A stretch of 63,921 nt of DNA, counting the filler, from Rhabdomonas costata (Eukaryota), in assembly GCA_019059605.1 (NCBI GenBank). It is 52 parts of 52 records of this genome, joined end to end, with 100 filler letters (N's around TTAATTAATTAA, not from the genome) between each part and the next. Parts side by side here need not be neighbours in the genome. Positions count along the whole stretch, not along the records: positions 60,330 to 61,459 come from JAHMHO010027067.1; positions 61,560 to 62,690 come from JAHMHO010027068.1; positions 62,791 to 63,921 come from JAHMHO010027069.1; 49 more parts are not named here. One strand, written 5' to 3'. How positions within the stretch are numbered: the stretch's first letter is position 1; each line of letters starts with the position of its first letter. A program made the position numbers and the translations under genes. Below the pieces are notes generated by a model. It did no database searches and was not told where the DNA came from. It saw nothing but the letters and a program-made list of their open reading frames with translations. This document shows, piece after piece, positions 60,641 to 63,921 of this stretch.

Positions 60641-61851
60641 GCCGTCCCCCCCAACTCCCACCCACCTCTGCACACACACAGGTCTTCACCCACTGCCACC
60701 GGAGGCACTGACGCACCTGTACCCTCTCCTCTCGTCGGCAGCCCAGTCCGCTCCCGAAGTTTCCGTCCCTGCAAATTGGCGTTTGCCGCATGTTCCTCCC
60801 AACCGCCCTCCCTATAGTGTCAGGAGGCTGTGTACATTTGGCTGCGTCCTGAGCCAGTATTCTCGTTATTTTTCTGGGATATGACTTTTTGTCATTTTTT
60901 CAGACTGCAGGCACATATTCATGGAGGAAGGTTCCCTGGGGGTGGGCTTCCCTGCGTACGTTCGTGGGTCGTACGTACGTGGGTGTGGGGTTCCTGGACA
61001 AGGGTGTGATCATGTCCACACGTATTCATGCTCGGATGCACGGGACTCAGAATGCATTGGTCACCGTGGTGACCACTATCTGCAAAGACTGAAACCTTGC
61101 TGTCCCTGCCGTGGGTTTTGTCCCAACACCACTACTTTTGGTGAGGATATGGAAATGCTATGATGCTTGCTTGCTTGTGAGCGCTTCCTCACATATGGAT
61201 CGCGACTTTGCGGCTGTAAGCCCTTTCAAACGTTTTTTTTTGGCCGAGAGCGGGAAGACAGGAACAAACTCGCGAATGTTCAGTAAATTCGCCATGCGAA
61301 AGCGCAAAAGGAAATCCTAAACGAAAACCAGCACGACAGAGTTGCATTGTTCTGTGTCTGAACGTCTGAAGGAGAGCATATGAACAGATGGCGTAACCCT
61401 AAGGCTAACCCTTTTAAGAGCACATAAACCCGGCCTTGCCCCGATGCACCACACCCCCCNNNNNNNNNNNNNNNNNNNNNNNNNNNNNNNNNNNNNNNNN
61501 NNNTTAATTAATTAANNNNNNNNNNNNNNNNNNNNNNNNNNNNNNNNNNNNNNNNNNNNTGTGGGGGGGGGAGAAACTAGCACACAAGTTGTTTTCCGGT
61601 GGACTTATCTGGATTTACCTCGTCTTGGACTTTTTGCCAGATATGCAGGACAGGTTTTGGTTGGGACAGAGGAGCAAGGGCTGCTAACGCGGATACGGAT
61701 GCGTGTCGCTGCACTGCATCCGATTGGCGTTTTGCGTGCCACCTTCCGAAGTTCCCAATTCAGGAACCCGTGGAGTGGTTTTGGTTGGCCAAGGCTAAAG
61801 GGCTGAAACTTGTGAGAACGGTTATGTCCCGGTGATGCCAGAACCGCACAC

Positions 61852-61934
61852 CAGAAGAACGTACACGTCCTCGCTGATCTTGTCCTTGACCCCGCGGAGG
61901 CCCTGGACGCGAATCTCCACCATCTGCGGCACGG
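61852..61934 (-). CDS. Exon resembling OFCC1-like proteins (tentative)
   Basis: VPQMVEIRVQGLRGVKDKISEDVYVLL between AG and GT; recalls a PQP..I....LR.VKDK.P.G.YV motif. Confidence 0.4.
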
Positions 61935-63921
61935 CTGAGGGAAAGGGTAACCACACAACCTCAGACGTTGGGATTGAAGTTGAAAGCAGTCTCACACCAC
62001 CCTGGAGTGAAGATCAGTGGGGAGGTTGAAGGCAGTGCTTGCCGAATCTTCTGCTGTTGCCGGGGGCAGGCTGGCCAGTGTCAATGTCACTAAACGATGG
62101 CAGTGTCAATGGTGTCAATGACAAGGGAGAGCACATGAAACGACCCGTGTAACATCAGTAATCGAAAAAACAACCCGTTTTGCTCATTTGGCTGATGCGC
62201 ATCATGTTTTCCACTTTTAGATAATAGTAGGTTTCAACTTGGTGAAAATTCGCATTCCGTGCAGTGCAGGCAACGGCAGGCAGTGGAGGGCGGAGGGTTT
62301 TCACACCAGCCCAGTTTATTCGCTGGCGATCTGCAGCTCGTCGGTCCTCAATCTTTGCGAGGAACAAGGATTTATGAAGGATTTACATGAATCTCACCCC
62401 ACCAGGAATAAATAGGAACCTCATGCATGAGACAGGAGGCATTTCCTTTCCCGAAACTCGCACGCCATCTGGTTTTCGTTGAGAATGGAAGGACACAATA
62501 GAAAACAAACCAAGCAGTATTGCATAGAGTTTTTCGCGGCTTTGTGACCCCTTTTGATGATTGGTGCCTGATGGGAGGGCTTTTCAAAGGCAGACATTCC
62601 CAGTAATTCCCCTGCGCCATCTCTATTGCGGCGCACAGCCTTCTCGGGCGCTTTAGAGGAGCTCCAACCAAACACCCCCAAACAACCCCCNNNNNNNNNN
62701 NNNNNNNNNNNNNNNNNNNNNNNNNNNNNNNNNNTTAATTAATTAANNNNNNNNNNNNNNNNNNNNNNNNNNNNNNNNNNNNNNNNNNNNACCAGTGAAA
62801 GAAAATTACATGTGACATCAATGCCCTGCCACACGTTATCACACCTAAACAAGACGTTTCAGGATTTTTTGGCTGGGGGATAAATATTTGTTTTTGTTTT
62901 ATTTGCCTGGTGTTGTTAAGCAGAAAAGAAAGCAAAAGTCAACGGAAAATAGAGAACGAGCGGGTCCAAGCAGCGCAAGTTTGGAATAGAGCAGACCGAG
63001 GGGGTGGGAGAATACTTTGTGTGGCGTAGGTCTCTTCTTGTCGAGGTCGAAAAGTCCCAAAGCTGGTGTCGTTGGGGGATGCCGAAGCGGAGACAGAGCT
63101 ATTTGAGCGTTCGTAGGCGGGACACTGGAGCGCATGGGGGCGAACCCAGCTCGCCGCTTTGGCCACTGAAACCTTGGGCAATGCCTCCGCCACTGGAATT
63201 TTGACAGATAGACCAAAAAGAGCACGTGTAATCACCAATTCCACCGTACATTCTATGCAGCCCTCGACAAATGCAAGTTGGAAACACCCAGAGCCTTGCA
63301 GAACAAAAAATGTGAAGTATGATACTATCACAAATACGGGAGACTCCTCACCTGTGGGCTCATTAAAAGCGTCTTCCCGAGAAAGCTCGCCTGCCATCAT
63401 GTTGTCTGTTCTCATAATAATCGCGGATTTCCTGCGTCGACTTCCATCCTCCGATCTATAAGGAAAATGGGACGAAATGAAAGACAGAGTAGGAAAGTAA
63501 AGGCCGACAGCGCAACCCGCCACAAACGCATCATACCGCTCACCGGTGGTGTGCTCAAATAAAGCCATTGCAGAACAAGAATAATGAGTTCTGAACAGAA
63601 CATAAAAAAGAGAATCCTGAAAACATGGCGGATTCCCGCCTTTTCCATTTCCGGTGGCATTGACCAAGCTCGCAGTGATTAAGGGCCGGGGGTGCGACGA
63701 CCCAAAGGAAGCTTTCAAAAGAAAAAACAAGCCCCCACAAAAAAAACATGATTAAAGAGGTGACAAAACGCAACATTAATTCGCATTTTCACTCGTAACC
63801 AGACATAGCCAAGTTCCTCCAATGATGAAATCGGCGGTTTGGTTCGTCCCAGGGGGAGGGACATGAAGCGGGCCTCTCTGAGAATTCTTGAAATGTGTCT
63901 TGCACATCTGCAATACCCCAC

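Noticed and set aside
1133-62790. Regularly spaced TTAATTAATTAA palindromes resembling a repeat-spacer array
   Set aside because: Always centred in N-runs; an artificial six-frame-stop linker, not CRISPR or a biological repeat.
62939-63730. 263-aa minus-strand ORF
   Set aside because: Appears to run through T-rich intron-like segments; no recognisable domain and exon boundaries could not be resolved.
1-63921. Gene neighbourhood or operon-like interpretation, e.g. METTL3 next to other genes as a defence system
   Set aside because: Contigs are ordered by length, so adjacency across spacers has no biological meaning.
1-63921. tRNA, rRNA, spliced-leader RNA or CRISPR loci
   Set aside because: None recognised by eye; a covariance-model scan (tRNAscan-SE, Infernal) would be needed to exclude them.

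Overview
This window is not a contiguous locus. It is 52 unrelated, size-sorted contigs of about 1.12-1.14 kb joined by a 100-nt spacer (44 N + TTAATTAATTAA + 44 N). Most contigs start with G/T-only and end with A/C-only bases, several resemble the GenomePlex WGA primer, and at least seven carry terminal fold-backs, which points to a whole-genome-amplified, very fragmented assembly. The host is an intron-rich flagellated eukaryote (short GC3-rich exons, GT-AG introns, IFT144, TTAGGG tract); a euglenid-like protist is plausible but unproven. Recognisable spliced gene fragments include METTL3/MT-A70, WDR19/IFT144, VPS53, secernin, a papain-family protease, a histidine kinase, a cold-shock-domain protein, a class I GATase, an SLC35/TPT transporter, CRAL-TRIO, DUF3431, kelch, kinase, LITAF-like, SEA-like and tandem disintegrin-repeat proteins. 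Mobile DNA includes a frameshifted Merlin/IS1595 transposase and several MITE-like families, one copy carrying a TTAGGG tract. The most striking contig (24621-25752) is very AT-rich, intronless and gene-dense, with TAAATG starts, a symmetric divergent promoter, a perfect 15-bp hairpin between convergent genes, an MGSCCC micro-protein and a fibre-like ORF. It looks like a fragment of a virophage, Polinton-like or giant virus. An intronless pentapeptide+WD40 ORF (NLR/NWD-like) is the second highlight. All family calls come from motif recognition by eye; no searches were run.
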